A DNA stretch of 64,000 nucleotides from positions 34,367,967 through 34,431,966 of the forward strand of contig CM120640.1 in NCBI GenBank assembly GCA_051362555.1. Direction: 5' to 3'. Shown in pieces: positions 1-12,470 of this stretch. The number at the start of each line of letters is the position of its first letter. The first letter of the stretch is position 1. The stretch is from Lingula anatina (lineage: Eukaryota; Animalia; Brachiopoda). Under the pieces are notes generated by a model. The model was not told the origin of the DNA. It saw only the letters and a list, made by a program, of their open reading frames with translations, and did no database searches. Position numbers and translations under genes: made by a program.

Positions 1-128
1 TGAACTCTGTTAAAGAATGTGTACAATCTACTTTGAAAACTTAGATCTAACAAAGAAAAATATTTTTGTTAATTGAAAAACCTGCAGTTTAATTTTCAAA
101 ATGTTCAAAATTAATTTTTAGGAGGTAC

Positions 129-527
129 TTATGATCTCCGTCATCAGTTTCATAGATGTTCCTCCATCTCCAGCACCGTAGTCACACACCACAAAGGGAT
201 CCTTTGTGTTTTCATCAGTTCCATCTCCTTAAAAAGAAGCAATATCCTATACTATTAAATAACAGAGAGGGTTTACAATTTCTCGACTGCTTCTTCATTC
301 TCTTAAACGCCAACGTAAGTCAACAGATGGAGACAAAAAGTGATACGAATAAAAATTTAAAGACAATTATTAAATGTGCCTACCAATTGTTTGCAGCGCA
401 TAAGGCAATATGTCATTATACAATTTTTCGTAATTCACAGCATTTCTACTCCAAAAATGTGATCCGTGATGTCTATCCAACAGCCTGTACACAGGATACC
501 TTGATTGAGAAATTTGGTCGCCAAAAG
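129..527 (-). CDS. SABATH-family methyltransferase, copy 1: two 5' exons (384-527, 129-227); gene continues off the left edge
   Basis: GT-AG bounded exons of 144 and 99 nt encode ...HHGSHFWSRNAVNYEKLYNDILPYALQTIG and DGTDENTKDPFVVCDYGAGDGGTSMKLMTEII (SAM-binding motif I). Exon lengths equal those of the other two copies. Confidence 0.85.
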
Positions 528-844
528 CTGTAAAAATATAAGAAGGATCTACTCTTAGACCACGGCACATTGCTTGTTCTTTTCAATCTATACTCGTTCT
601 CTACAACTTTAAAATTTATTATTTTTGTTTAAAAAATGAGATATCAACTTGCATCAATAGACGTTTGTGCTTGCTTATTAAATGAATATCTCACCATAGA
701 CCCCAAACTGAGGTTTCCTGGGTATACACCAAACTTGAAAAAACAAAACATTCATAGTGTACAATGAAGAGCATCATATTAAGTCATTCCATGTGAAGTG
801 CCACATCGAGCGACGCGCGCGATATTGAACTTTCATAATTCTTT

Positions 845-1058
845 GAGTGCATTCCCAGAGATTTAGATCGATCCATCCGGATCGACCTAACTCCCTGCGG
901 TTCGCGCTAAATTGCAGTCAGCCGAGCGCGCACGACAGTTAATTACCCCCTTACACCTTTTAGAAGGCGGGACAGACGCTTAAGCCGGCTAAGCTGACAG
1001 TAATCTAGTGAGACTCCACACAGGGATAGATCGATCTAAAATCTGTGGGAATGGGGTC
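845..1058. mobile_element. ~215-bp MITE, family M1 (probably Harbinger/Tourist type)
   Basis: TIRs cattcccagagatttagatcgat ... atcgatctaaaatctgtgggaatg. Other copies at 10879-11092, 51010-51239 and 51243-51468. Confidence 0.75.
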
Positions 1059-2008
1059 TTTGTCTCTAAAGCCTTCTAGAACAACGTTCTTTCATGGGCA
1101 TGAATGTGCCCCTTTATCTTGAATCCATTCATTAAAAATGTCATCCAAAGTGTCCTTCGTCTTTTTCTATTTACTTTTCTTGGACAACAAAATAAATTTC
1201 AAAATTGCACACACACAATGATGCACTAGTACATGTACATGTTCATATTCATCAAAATAATGCGTATGGTACTGTGTCAATTCCAGACACGTAATGCTGT
1301 GGTAATGGCTCTAACAGATTTTTCATGTTTCATCCAGCAATAATAAGCAAAGTCTGGTTAATCGGGGCTTTGATGATATATGGTATACCTGTAGATTGGC
1401 CAGGGGCTCCATTGGAAAATTCTCATTGAAATCACCCTGGATACCCTAACATGCCTGAGCCTTATGGTGATTTCTGGCCAATTTTATCACACTTATGTCT
1501 GTCGGCCATGACATATGTAGTCACAGCTTTGACTTGATAAAATTGCAAAATATTATCAACATATCTCTGGTGTTTTTAACAACAGTATATTGTGAAAATA
1601 TGACATAATAAACATGATATGAGGATATGACTCTGTAAAGTCACATACCTGTTGAACACGGGGCGCCATCTTGTTGATCCATATTGTTTTGTCAAAACAA
1701 ATTTTTATGCTCAAGGCCAACACTTCCGCGTTATTTACGTTCTATGCAAAGCCATTTTAAGTTGAATCACCCAACTATATTGAAACATGCTTTGCGTGTT
1801 AAACTCAGGAGTTGGATAAAACCTACTGGTACATAAAATGTCGTTCTGTGAGTCGATAAGTGTCGAACTATAGTGCTCCGCTATATATTTATACTGATAC
1901 TCAAAACTTTTATCAAAATAACCATTGGTTTTTTATTTTTTCAATTTTCTCCAAACGGAGCCTTTGAGGCAAAATTTGTACAGTGTGCGCACGCGCCCTT
2001 TGTTTTTA

Positions 2009-3668
2009 CAGGGTTGCTACTTAATATGGAATATTTTTTATCATTGTTATTTTTGAGTGCTGATTAAATTTTTTTGGGCTTGAGTCATTAAAAAAAGTAT
2101 GTCACCGAGTGATAAAAACATCCAGTCTTCTGTTGTGAGATATTTTGGTCAATGATAACAAATCTGACATAAGATGCCATTCAAAAGAAAGGAACACCCC
2201 AGAAAACCATATCAACAGCTTGACGTCAGTATTAACTTTAAGCTAAGATATTAAAGAAAATGATAGCCTCCGGCCAGTGATATGTTACACAGTCAAAGAA
2301 CTCACTACAGTAAATCATGAAAAGTCAGTAATTGCGGGTATGACCTCCAGCAGCCGCTTGCAGCGCCCTCATCCTACATGGCATACCCTGTGACACGTTT
2401 TTTAGAGTTTGGGTGGGGATATCATTCCACGCAGTGATATTTGCCTGTCGCAGTTCAACACTATTTATCGGCCGATGACCATAGCTATTAATTGTGTTAG
2501 TTACTTTTGCCCAAAGTTTTTCAATTGGGTTCATATCTGGAGAGTTTGCAGGCCAGGGCAGTTGCTGAATCCATTGGTTTTGAAGAAAAACAGTGATTCG
2601 GCGGCCTCGATGTGGGGTTGCGCAGTCGTCTTGGTACACAAAGTTGTTCCTGAAGATGACTCTTACCAATCGAAGCATTGTTTACTGTAGAATGTCTCTG
2701 TAGGAATCCTGGATGAGGTTGCCTCCTAGAAAAACCAACTGGTTCTGGGCACCGACATGAAATGCTCCCCAAACAAAGACGTTACCATCCCCCGCTTGCA
2801 CCCTAGGCAGTACACAATCATCGTTTTATGCCCCTCGTACACGTCGGTGGACACGGATTCGACCATCAACCCTAAAAAATCCATATCTGGCCTCATCATT
2901 GAAAGCGACGTGATTCCAGTGTTTTGGCTGCAAACGCACGTGGTCCCCAGCCCATTGCAGACGTCGCTGTATATGACCTGCTGTTGACAGTGATTTCCCT
3001 ACTGACCTTTGTGCAAAATAACCGGCTTTCAGTAATCTCTTGTTCACGAGGGACCTTGAAACGGGCGTTTGAATGACATTCTGCGACTCTTTTCTGAGGA
3101 CACTGGTTGTCTTTGTACGACCAGCACGGCGTCCTCTAAGGAGAAGGCGATCCTGTCTTCTTGGTGTGATACGCGGACACCCTGGTCGAGGTATTGGAGT
3201 AGGTGCCCCTGTTGCAGTATTTCTTTGGAGGATTTTACAAACGGTTCCTGATAAATGTTGAATTACCTTGCAATGGCTGTCCGTTTCTGGCCATTTTATC
3301 TGAGAGCAAGAATCCCATAGTAAGCTGCGTTGCATAGCTGTCGAATCATATCTTCACTGAGGTACCTGTCAAGTTTCAGAGCGATCCCTCTGTTGCTTCT
3401 CTAAACACACTCCAAAGATTGACCAAACCCATGCGTTTTTATACAAGGGCAGAAATTGTCGAAAAGACCACCCCTCACATTTCTGACCACTGAAAATGCA
3501 ACTGCATGCATCAATTGTTTCGAGAGTTGTGTGGTAATTAGGTAACACACCTGGCTACACATAGAGTGACACCTCAGCTTTGGATTTAAAGTAGTTAGAG
3601 AGAAATTTAATATTTTGTAGAAAATTTACTAGCCAAAAAATAATATTCCATATTAAGTGGTAACCCTG
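2009..3668 (-). mobile_element. Tc1-like DNA transposon with frameshifted transposase
   Basis: TIRs cagggttgctacttaatatggaatatt / aatattccatattaagtggtaaccctg, flanked by TA on both sides. Transposase motifs VAFNDEARY, FVYQDDCATPHR and WPANSPDMNPIEKLW are split over ORFs 2325-2678 and 2826-3335. Confidence 0.93.
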
Positions 3669-3943
3669 TATATACCTCTTATCACTAGGCCATGACAAGC
3701 GATAAAGTGAGAGATAATAGACTGTCACCCGAGTGATATATGCCAGAACACCTCGAGCGTCAGCGAGTGAATGGCATATACTTTAAGAAAGTACAGAAAA
3801 AACACCGCTAAAAATATAAAGCGTAGGCCTATATCGTCACGGTCTCGTTACTTCTCTAGGTGTGTATAATGCACTGCCCGAGTGAGTAGAATATACACGT
3901 GATTAAAATCCCAAAGACAACATTCAAAGATATGATTTTTTCG

Positions 3944-4185
3944 ATTGCTTGAAGTGCATAAGGCAACAAATCACTATATAGAGAAAATGAAAAAATAAAT
4001 ATACTAATAGATATTACGTTGAAACAGTATGATATTTGATTTTCTCGTTATCTCAGTATAATATAACTGGATAAATCAAAACTTTGACTTTGAAGTCATT
4101 CATTCGTAGTTCACGTCATTTTCACTCCAAAAATGTGATCTGTGATATCTATCCACTAGTCTGTACACAGCAAAGTTCGTTTCAC
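3944..4185 (-). pseudogene. Degenerate extra copy of the SABATH 144-nt exon, split by a ~120-nt insert (also at ~12624-12885)
   Basis: Translates as ...AVYRLVDRYHRSHFWSENDVNYE [insert] YSDLLPYALQAI, paralogous to exon 384-527. The donor GT is lost. Confidence 0.7.
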
Positions 4186-4829
4186 GAATTCGGTCGCATG
4201 AAATAGTAAAAGAAAAAATGATTTATTGCATACTGTAGGTGCTTAGAACCCTTTCTTTGTTTGCTTATTTCTGTCGAGTTATGGCTTTATTGCAATTTCG
4301 TTATTTCTATATTATCAGCTTTAATCAGAGTAGTTATCTTTGGCATAATTGTCCCTCTTAATCATGTTCGAAAAAAAATGTAAAGTGGTGAGTTAAAATA
4401 CTTGGCAGCTAGAACAGTGATGTGTTACATTTGAGCTTCCACATTTCGAAAACACTGGATCACAAATCGCATTTTATGTACCCAAGATCAATGCACTTTC
4501 TTCCAGTCATTTGATTAGTTAATAAACGGACGAAAATTATCGAAGTAGGACACAGTAAAAGGCATGGGGACGTTCAGAATGAGCTTAGTGCAACCTTACT
4601 TCACGGGGACTCTCGCTGAATGCTTCTAGACTGACAAACTATCACGCCTTTTCGAGTAGCGACTGGGTACAAATGTGAATGTAATTTCAATCGGCTGACG
4701 AGAGGAATTAGAGTGAAATTAATTTCTCTATGATGATGGCACGTCAGTAGAGGGCGGGGTTGGCGTTTAGGAGTTCTTGTGTCATTCAGGCGATTGACAC
4801 GGTACTGATGACATATCGACTCCTTTGTC

Positions 4830-6180
4830 GACATGGATGATGAGTCCAGCGGAGGCGAAAGTTTTACCTTGGCTGATGTGATGAAAAAAAAAATGGAAAG
4901 AGAAAGAAAGAGCTGAAAGACTATTCAGACGATAGACTTTCTACATTTAATGCCGAAGCCAGTGATTGTAAAAAACTGAAAAGCGACAAAAATTCATCTT
5001 GGAAAAGAGAACCAGCGGGTCGGGAGTTTTCTTCGCTTGTGGCCATTTCAGGCGTGACTGCCCAACTTACAGAGGGGGGAGTTCTTCCACCAGAGTCCAA
5101 CCCCAGAGATCAGGAAATATCTGATATGGGGAAGAGGGTGGAAGCATTGATGAAGGATACGTATGGGTGCGTTAGTTTCAATCAAGAGCTGGATAATTAT
5201 GAACAAGAGCACAATCAGGAATTCATACGTCCGAAAGGTAGGTTAAGATCCAATGTAAGTGTTTGGGAAGAAACAGGGTCTTCATCTTTTATTTCAGACT
5301 GTGTGATGAGGAAAGAAAACAAAATTTCGGCATTGAAAAATAAGTTTCCTGAATTGGAGAAGAAAGGTTTGATTGGAAGATGTAGTGAACAACCAATTGT
5401 TGTTAACCCTTTAACAGTAGCAGTGCCCAGCAGTAGAAAAAGAAACTGATTTTCGATGTACGAGAAATATGTTTGGAAGCAGTCTGTTTGATACGAAGGT
5501 TGGAGAACGGCTTTTATGTATATAAAATTGGATGATTGATTAAATTTAATCTTGATTCCGCTGATCATCATCTCGTTGTCTGTTATCCTCATGCGGATTA
5601 TTAAGGATTTTCTTGGTAAATTTAAAATCAATAGGTCTATTTCAAAATTTTAGTTCTTCCATTTGGGTTATCATCAGCAGCTTAGGCCTATATTTTTTCA
5701 AAATTGACTGGGCAATTAATCAAAAAGTGGAGAGGGTCTGTGTTTTTGTAATGACAAAAATAGATTGGAGCTTCAGGGTGCTGAGATCAAAGAGGACATT
5801 GCCAAATCAGATTTTATTCAAAAGGATGATAAATCTATTTTGTCGCCGGTACAGAGCTTGGCATTTTAAGGAATTGATATAGATACTAGTAGATTAGCAA
5901 CGAAAGTGAGTAGAGGTCAATTGGTCCACGATAAAAGTCTGGCAAGTTTTGCCGGTCAGATTTTATCCATGTCAGTTGTGTTGGGAAATGTAACGCAATG
6001 ACAAATTATATGTTAACATGGTCATTTCAAGTGCTCTTTCTTGGATTAAGAAAATGTTTCTGTGTGAAGACGCACACACAAATATTCAGACGGCAAGCTT
6101 TGGCAGAGAATTTTCACGAGTTACCGTGTGTTTCAGAGATCGGTAAACATTTATCTCTCGGCATGCCTCTGCCGTTGATA
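4830..6180 (+). mobile_element. Degraded DIRS/Ngaro-like retrotransposon RT-RNaseH fragment
   Basis: KGRLRSNVSVWEETGSSSFI...PIVVNPLTVAVPSSRKR followed by a frameshifted LIFDVR and VLPFGLSSA-like segments, as in tyrosine-recombinase retrotransposon RTs. Many stops. Confidence 0.7.
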
Positions 6181-6214
6181 TAGCATGCTATAGTAAAAAC
6201 ACAGATAAATTTTC

Positions 6215-6570
6215 AGTAACCTCTGCAACTCAAGGCGCGCTAAGAACGGACAAAATGTTGCACATGAACGAATAGGTCACAAATGGGTGAAGGAAGAAAT
6301 GATTAGATTACATTATGATGATCCATTAATTAAATTATCAATTAATGGTTAATTATAAGTCAATTATTTGTTTTTGGTGAAAATGTCAGGATAGGTCACA
6401 AATGGGCCACGGAAGAAATAAGTAGTTTTTGGTGATGAACCATTGATTAGTTGGTCAATTAACCATTAATTAATTGAATAATGGTTAATAATTAGTTAAT
6501 TGTTTGTCTTGGCGATTAATAATTAGTTAATTGTTTGTCTTGGCGGAGGTCTGAGCTCTCTGAGTGCATT
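6215..6570 (+). mobile_element. Helentron/Helitron-like non-autonomous relic
   Basis: 3' end ttggcggaggtctgagctctctgagtgc (subterminal repeat plus hairpin), and an internal duplicated unit ataggtcacaaatggg...ggaagaaat. Confidence 0.45.
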
Positions 6571-7440
6571 TTGTTTGTACTGATTTCTTTCTGTACTGAT
6601 CGCGCTTTTACCTTTTTCAGTCGAACAGCTATTGCATGATCTACAAAGACTCTAGTCAAATAATGGGTATTCAACATTACTTTATTTGTATACTCTCTTT
6701 CAGCATAAGATCACACCCTAACTAGACACCTCAAATATTTTTTCTGTTACATTATATACTTCAAATTTGAAAACTTTACGAAGTCCAATCCAGCTGTCAT
6801 CAACTATTAGTATGAAAGTAACTTTTTTTTAGTGAAGTCAGCCAGCACTTGGAAGTGTTGCCTAATGGAAAAGTGTACTTTTCGCACTACATGTACTTGA
6901 CTCCTACTTGCGCTGAATAACTTCTAGTTTTATTCAAATGAATAAAATTTTGCAACTGATAAAACCGTGACCACTTATTTAATTATGAAATATTAAAGCA
7001 TTTATATACATAAGATATTTAATGTAACTTTTGTTCAGCACTAGGAAATAAACAGATATAAAGAAATTGACATGAGGTCAAACACACTTACAAACAACAA
7101 ATTAGAATACAATAATCTTATGCAACGTAAAGTATAGAAATGACCATACTATTATTATGAACAAAACTAACAATTTGCATAATGTATCCATACTGTAAGC
7201 AAGCTTAAGGCCCGTATACTATGCACTGGAAATCCTTAACAAACATAATAACGCATTGACCCCCACTAAAATTTACTAAAGAGCGTCTTGCATGACTCTA
7301 TGGATTTTTATAGAAATCCTACATGACCCTTGGGACTCTCTAGGAATTCATAGGACTTACTATAGGATTCCTATCTAGGGTGTTTATTCTATAGTACATT
7401 TCTACAAGGGAAATTGCTTCATTATTTTCACTTGATGAAC

Positions 7441-10400
7441 TTACGAAGCTGCTTTCGCTTTTACGATATCAACATATGCCACAACCAAGTCATAACCAAA
7501 ATCATTTGGACTGCGAGTAACATCTTCCTCAAACCTGCCAAAGAACTCGTCAATAATGGCCGTCTTTTCCTTTTCTGATCGACGTTCTTCTAGACCAGAC
7601 AAAAAGATTGCCTCGCTCCAACCTCGGAACATACTGACGTACCTTCTTGCTTTGTGGGCCACGCTTAGTGGTTCATCATCTAGGGTGTAAGGCATAAAGA
7701 TAAAGCATTAACACATATCTATTGAAATACCTTCCTTATTTTAGTATATTGTTTTATAAATTTTACATTGAGAGAAACAATTATCTCTTGCTCGGTTGTT
7801 ATATTCACGAGTGTATTATCTGGGTCAAGTGATTTACTCGTACTGCACCAGAAAAACAAATGGTGCACAGAAGATACTTTCTAAATGAAACAACCATGAC
7901 AACACAAACCACCAAAAACTCATATGGTCTTTACCTAAGAATTTGTCATCCTTATGTTTCAAAGAGTAGTCGAAATGTTCGAGCTTTATCTCGATGGATA
8001 CAAGTTTTAAACCCGCCTTTAAAACCTTGGAATCTTCATCCAAAAACGGCGCCTTAAACTCCTTTTCTGAGCGATGATAAGATGAAATATTTGTGTTCAG
8101 AAATTCCTCCTATAAAAAAGAACGGCACAGCTACAACACGCTTGCTAAAATAAAACATTGCTTCACCGTTGCATTATGATGCAAACGTCAAATCAGACTT
8201 AGGACGTTTACTTTTTTTTAATCCGAAAGGAGTAAATCCTCGCCCATCCAAATATACAAACTTAGTTGTCTCTTTTTAACATTGATGATTCCAGAAAAAG
8301 GTCCCACCTTGGTTATCCGCCCTGCTGTTACAAATGAAAGCCATAAGTCCCTAAGGTACGGGATGACTTTAACTTTGTAAAGCGCTGTGCTACCGGAATA
8401 CATGCCTTCCTTTGTACCCAGAGCTACAATGATGATGTGGGCACCTAAAATACAATGTCTTATAAAGCAAGAGTGAGAGAAAAGAAGTTATATTTTTATG
8501 ACAAAAAACGTACTTAAACGCTTGTGATTTTTTTCCCACAATTTAAATTAATTCAAGTGTAGGCCTAAATAAACATCTTAGTGGAAGAGTTTTATTGTTT
8601 TTCAACCTAAGATATCCACTATTAATTGTTACAAATTAATGGTTTCAAACAGTAAAATAATTCAAGAATCGATAAATTTAACCCTTGCTGAGAGGTACCT
8701 ATTTTAAGTTCTGTAGCCCGGTGCATTAGAATTGTTTCCCAGTCCCCAGCAGCCTGCTTTTTATATGCATCAAGTTCTTCGTCAATTACTTTGTCACCAT
8801 GACAAATTATATCCCACTGAAGATTACAAGGCCTGAAATGTAATGGAAACAATTCACAATTAAACATTGGTGCAATCTTTAAAATAATGTGACGCTATAT
8901 ATCAGTACTATTAGTTTTTATTTTCTTGTCGCATTTCAGTTTTTCAAAAGTTTTTTTGAAAATTAGCACACTCATTCAAGATAGCAAGGAATACAAAAAT
9001 GTAAAATGTAAAAAATAAGCAATTTATTTCAAGGTACCTTTACACATGTCGGCATCATTATACACATAGCGTGTCATATTTTTGCATTTTCTTTTTATTC
9101 TTCTTTGTTCATCTCGGTATCTAATGCTTTTTATAGCTTCTACGTGTAACAAGCCCACCTTTTACTCAACCAGTTCATAGCAATGCAGGATACAGCCAGG
9201 TCCATGTAATTCGGCGGCAGACAGGGTTTTTTAGAAATTAGTACCACTGGCCAGGAAAAACAGATTTTTGTCTTGAGGAAGAACATTCTTTTGATCTTCA
9301 AATAAACCTATAAGTTAGAATATACTACTATAAACAACTGGATGACAGGAATACAATAACTGGTGTTCATGACCATAATCCCCATAAAATTAACAATTAG
9401 ATCGCATTCACAACGAGTTGAGCCAGGCTTTACAAATCCTGGGGACTAAATATGTCGTACATGAAAGAAAAACCGCCTAATCTTTTAATAGTCTCTCCGC
9501 CTCTCACACGTCGTCCCTGCGGGGGGACAGTCATTAAATCTCGGCTCCATTGGGACGACACATGGGGAGGCGTGTGAGAGGCGGAGAGACTTAAAAGATT
9601 AGGCGGTTTTTCTTTCATGTACGTCCGCCATATTTAGTCCCCAGGATTTGTAAAGCCTGGCTCAACTCGTTGTGAATGCGATCTTAAACAAACAGTAATT
9701 CTGTCGAATTTCGTACCTTGTGTCAGAAAGAATAATGACTTAAAATCGTTCCAGGGTAGATCCTCGTACACTATCACAATCGGTTTTTCTTTCCCATATG
9801 TTGTTCGTACTGCCCCTGAAGAAAACCGTTCTAAGGGTGACCCGTGGCCTTAAGGTGGTACAATAATTCTGTCAGAATAACCAGAGTTTGAAACTGAGTT
9901 CTAATCATTTAAATACTTTACAATGCGGTGTTTGATCCATGCTCTTACATTGATACTAATATTCTTAATCTAAAAAAGTAGGCCTACATCGAATTCTGTT
10001 AATAAATGTGTACTATCTACTTTCAAAATTTAATAAAGAAAAATATATCTTATTCATGGAAAAACTTGCGGTTTAATGTTCAAAATCAATATAAGGAGTT
10101 ACTAATGATCTCAGTCATCAGTTTCATAGATGTCCCTCCATCTCCAGCACCGTAGTCACACACCACAAAGGAATCCTCTGTGCTTTTAACAGTTCCATCT
10201 CGTTAAAAAGAAGAAATATCCTATATTATTATATAAAAGAGAGGGTCGCTATAACTACGAAAAAACTACAGGCTTTACAATTTCTCGACTGCTTCTTAAT
10301 TCTCTTAAATGACAACGAAAGTCAACAGCTGGAGACGACAATAGTTATGAAACTCGACAAAAACTGATACGAGTAAAGACAGAATTATTACACATGCCCA

Positions 10401-10545
10401 CCAATTGCTTGCAGTGCATAAGGCAATATGTCGTGATATAATTTTTCGTAATTCACAGCATTTCTACTCCAAAAATGTGATCCGTGATGTCTATCCAACA
10501 GCCTGTGCACAGGATACCTTGACTGACAAATTTGGTCGCAAAAAG
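7441..10545 (-). pseudogene. SABATH-family methyltransferase, copy A (disrupted as assembled)
   Basis: Exons 10402-10545, 10103-10201, 9717-9815, 9159-9307, 8699-8832, 8308-8444, 7935-8109 and 7441-7679, with motifs VCDYGAGDGGTS, YEDLPWNDF and AMNWLS. In-frame TAA at 9231-9233 plus one extra nt (exon 149 nt vs 148 in copy B). Acceptor AG changed to AC at 10202. Confidence 0.85.
9400..9683. mobile_element. 284-bp fold-back MITE (Harbinger/Tourist type) in a SABATH intron
   Basis: ~110-bp near-perfect inverted arms (gatcgcattcacaacgagttgagcc... / ...ggctcaactcgttgtgaatgcgatc), with TTA on both sides. Confidence 0.9.
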
Positions 10546-10878
10546 CTGTAAAAATATAAGAAGGAACTACTCTTAGACCACTGCTTATTGCTTGTTCTTT
10601 TCAATCTATACTCGTTCTCTGCTACAGGTTTTCACAACTTAAAATGTATTATTTTTGTATAAAAAATAAGATATCAACTTGCATCAATAGACGTTTGTAC
10701 TTGCTTATTAAATGAATATCTCACCATAGACCCCAAACTGAGGTCTCCTGGGTATACACCAAACTTGAAAAAAAAAAAACAACATTCATAGTGTACAATG
10801 AAGAGCGTCATATTAAGTCATTCCAAGTGAAGTGCCACATCGAGCGACGCGCGCGATATTGAACTTTCATAATTCTTT

Positions 10879-11092
10879 GAGTGCATTCCCAGAGATTTAG
10901 ATCGATCCATCCGGATCGACCTAACTCCCTGAGGTTCACGCTAAATTGCAGTCAGCCGAGCGCGCACGACAGTTAATTACCCCCTTACAGCTTTTAGAAG
11001 GCGGGACAGACGCTTAAGCCGGCTAAGCTGACAGTAATCTAGTGAGACTCCCCACAGGGATAGATCGATCTAAAATCTGTGGGAAGGGGGTC
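10879..11092. mobile_element. MITE family M1 copy
   Basis: Near-identical to 845-1058 and at the same position in the duplicated unit. Confidence 0.75.
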
Positions 11093-12123
11093 TTTGTCTC
11101 TAAAGCCTTCTAGAACAACGTTCTTTCATGGGCATAAATGTACCCCTTTATCTTGAATCCATTCATTAAAAATGTCATCCAAAGTGTCCTTCGTCTTTTT
11201 CTATTTACTTTTCTTGGACAACAAAATAAATTTCAAAATTGCACACACACAATGATGCACTACTACATGTACATGTTGATATTCATCAAAACAATGCGTA
11301 TGGTACTGTGTCAATTCCAGACACGTAATGCTGTGGTAATGGCTCTAACAGATTTTTCATGTTTCACCTAGTAATAATAAGCTAAGTCTAGTTAGTCGGG
11401 GCTTTGATGATATATGGTATACCTGTAGATTGGCCAGGGGCTCCATTGGAAAATTCTCATTGAAATCACCCTGGATACCCTAACATGGCTAAGCCTTATG
11501 GTGATTTCTGGCCAATTTTATCACATGTCTGTCGGCCATGGCATATGTAGTCACAGCTTTGACTTGATAAAATGGCAAAATATCATCAACATATCTCTGG
11601 TGTTTTTAACAACAGTATATTGTGAAAATATGACATAATAAACATTATATGAGAGTACGACTCCGTAAAGTCACATACCTGTGGAACCCGAGGCGCCATC
11701 TTGTTGATCCATATTATTTTGTCAGAACAAATATTTTATGCTGAAGGCGAACACTAGCTACTGCGTTATGCGTTATTAACGTTCAGTTGAAAGCCATTAT
11801 AAGTTGCATTATCCAACTGCATTGAAACATGCTTTGCGTGTTTAACATGAGTTGAAAAAAAACCTACTGGTACTGTACATGTAATGTCGTTCTGTGTGTC
11901 GTTACGTGTCGAACTATAGTGCTCCGATATATATATTTATACTGATGCTCAAAAGTTAATAATGATTTCTTTATTTTTCTTTTTCAATTTTCTTAAAACG
12001 AAGCCTTAAGGCAAAATTTGCGCACGCGTCCTTTGTTTTCACCTGGTATCACTAGGCCATGACAAGCGCTTACATATGCCAGAGCACCTATCGAGCGTCA
12101 GCGACTGAATGGCATACACTTAA

Positions 12124-12470
12124 AGGGAAAATAACTCATTGTTTCGGCCAAAAAATGAATTTTCCTGGAGTAAACAACAATTTTCCCATACTTACCAATG
12201 GCCAATGAATTAATTTTAACATTCAAAGTTAGTCCCTGTTTTTTTTCTAAAAAGTTTGTTTTTTTTTGTTTAAATCTATTTAGAGATTTTAACAGAGTAT
12301 AGCCACCAATGGAGGTCACGTGGTCTAAGGACAAGCTCAGATATCAGAATAATAGCTATAACTGCCGTTTTTGTGGTAAAAGAGAATATGTTATATTTCT
12401 ATGAGTTATTCACAATGTTTTTTTTTTTTTTTTGTGAAATATAGATCTCATACGAAGAGTTATTATCCCT
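12124..12470. mobile_element. 347-bp TIR element (Kolobok-like MITE)
   Basis: TIRs agggaaaataactc / gagttattatccct, flanked by TTAA and TTGA. The empty site is visible at ~3783 in unit 1. Confidence 0.7.

Larger units (their letters stand above)
1..4545 (+). repeat. Tandem segmental duplication, unit 1 (homologous to ~9990-13240)
   Basis: 1-2007 aligns by eye with ~9990-12040, and 3671-4545 with ~12041-13240. The Tc1 element is present only in this unit. Confidence 0.9.

Noticed and set aside
156-533. 125-aa plus-strand ORF
   Set aside because: Antisense shadow of two SABATH exons and their intron.
7234-7410. ctatagga-type short repeats after the copy A stop (similar at ~37350-37405)
   Set aside because: Probably a decayed small TIR element, but the termini are too degenerate to call.
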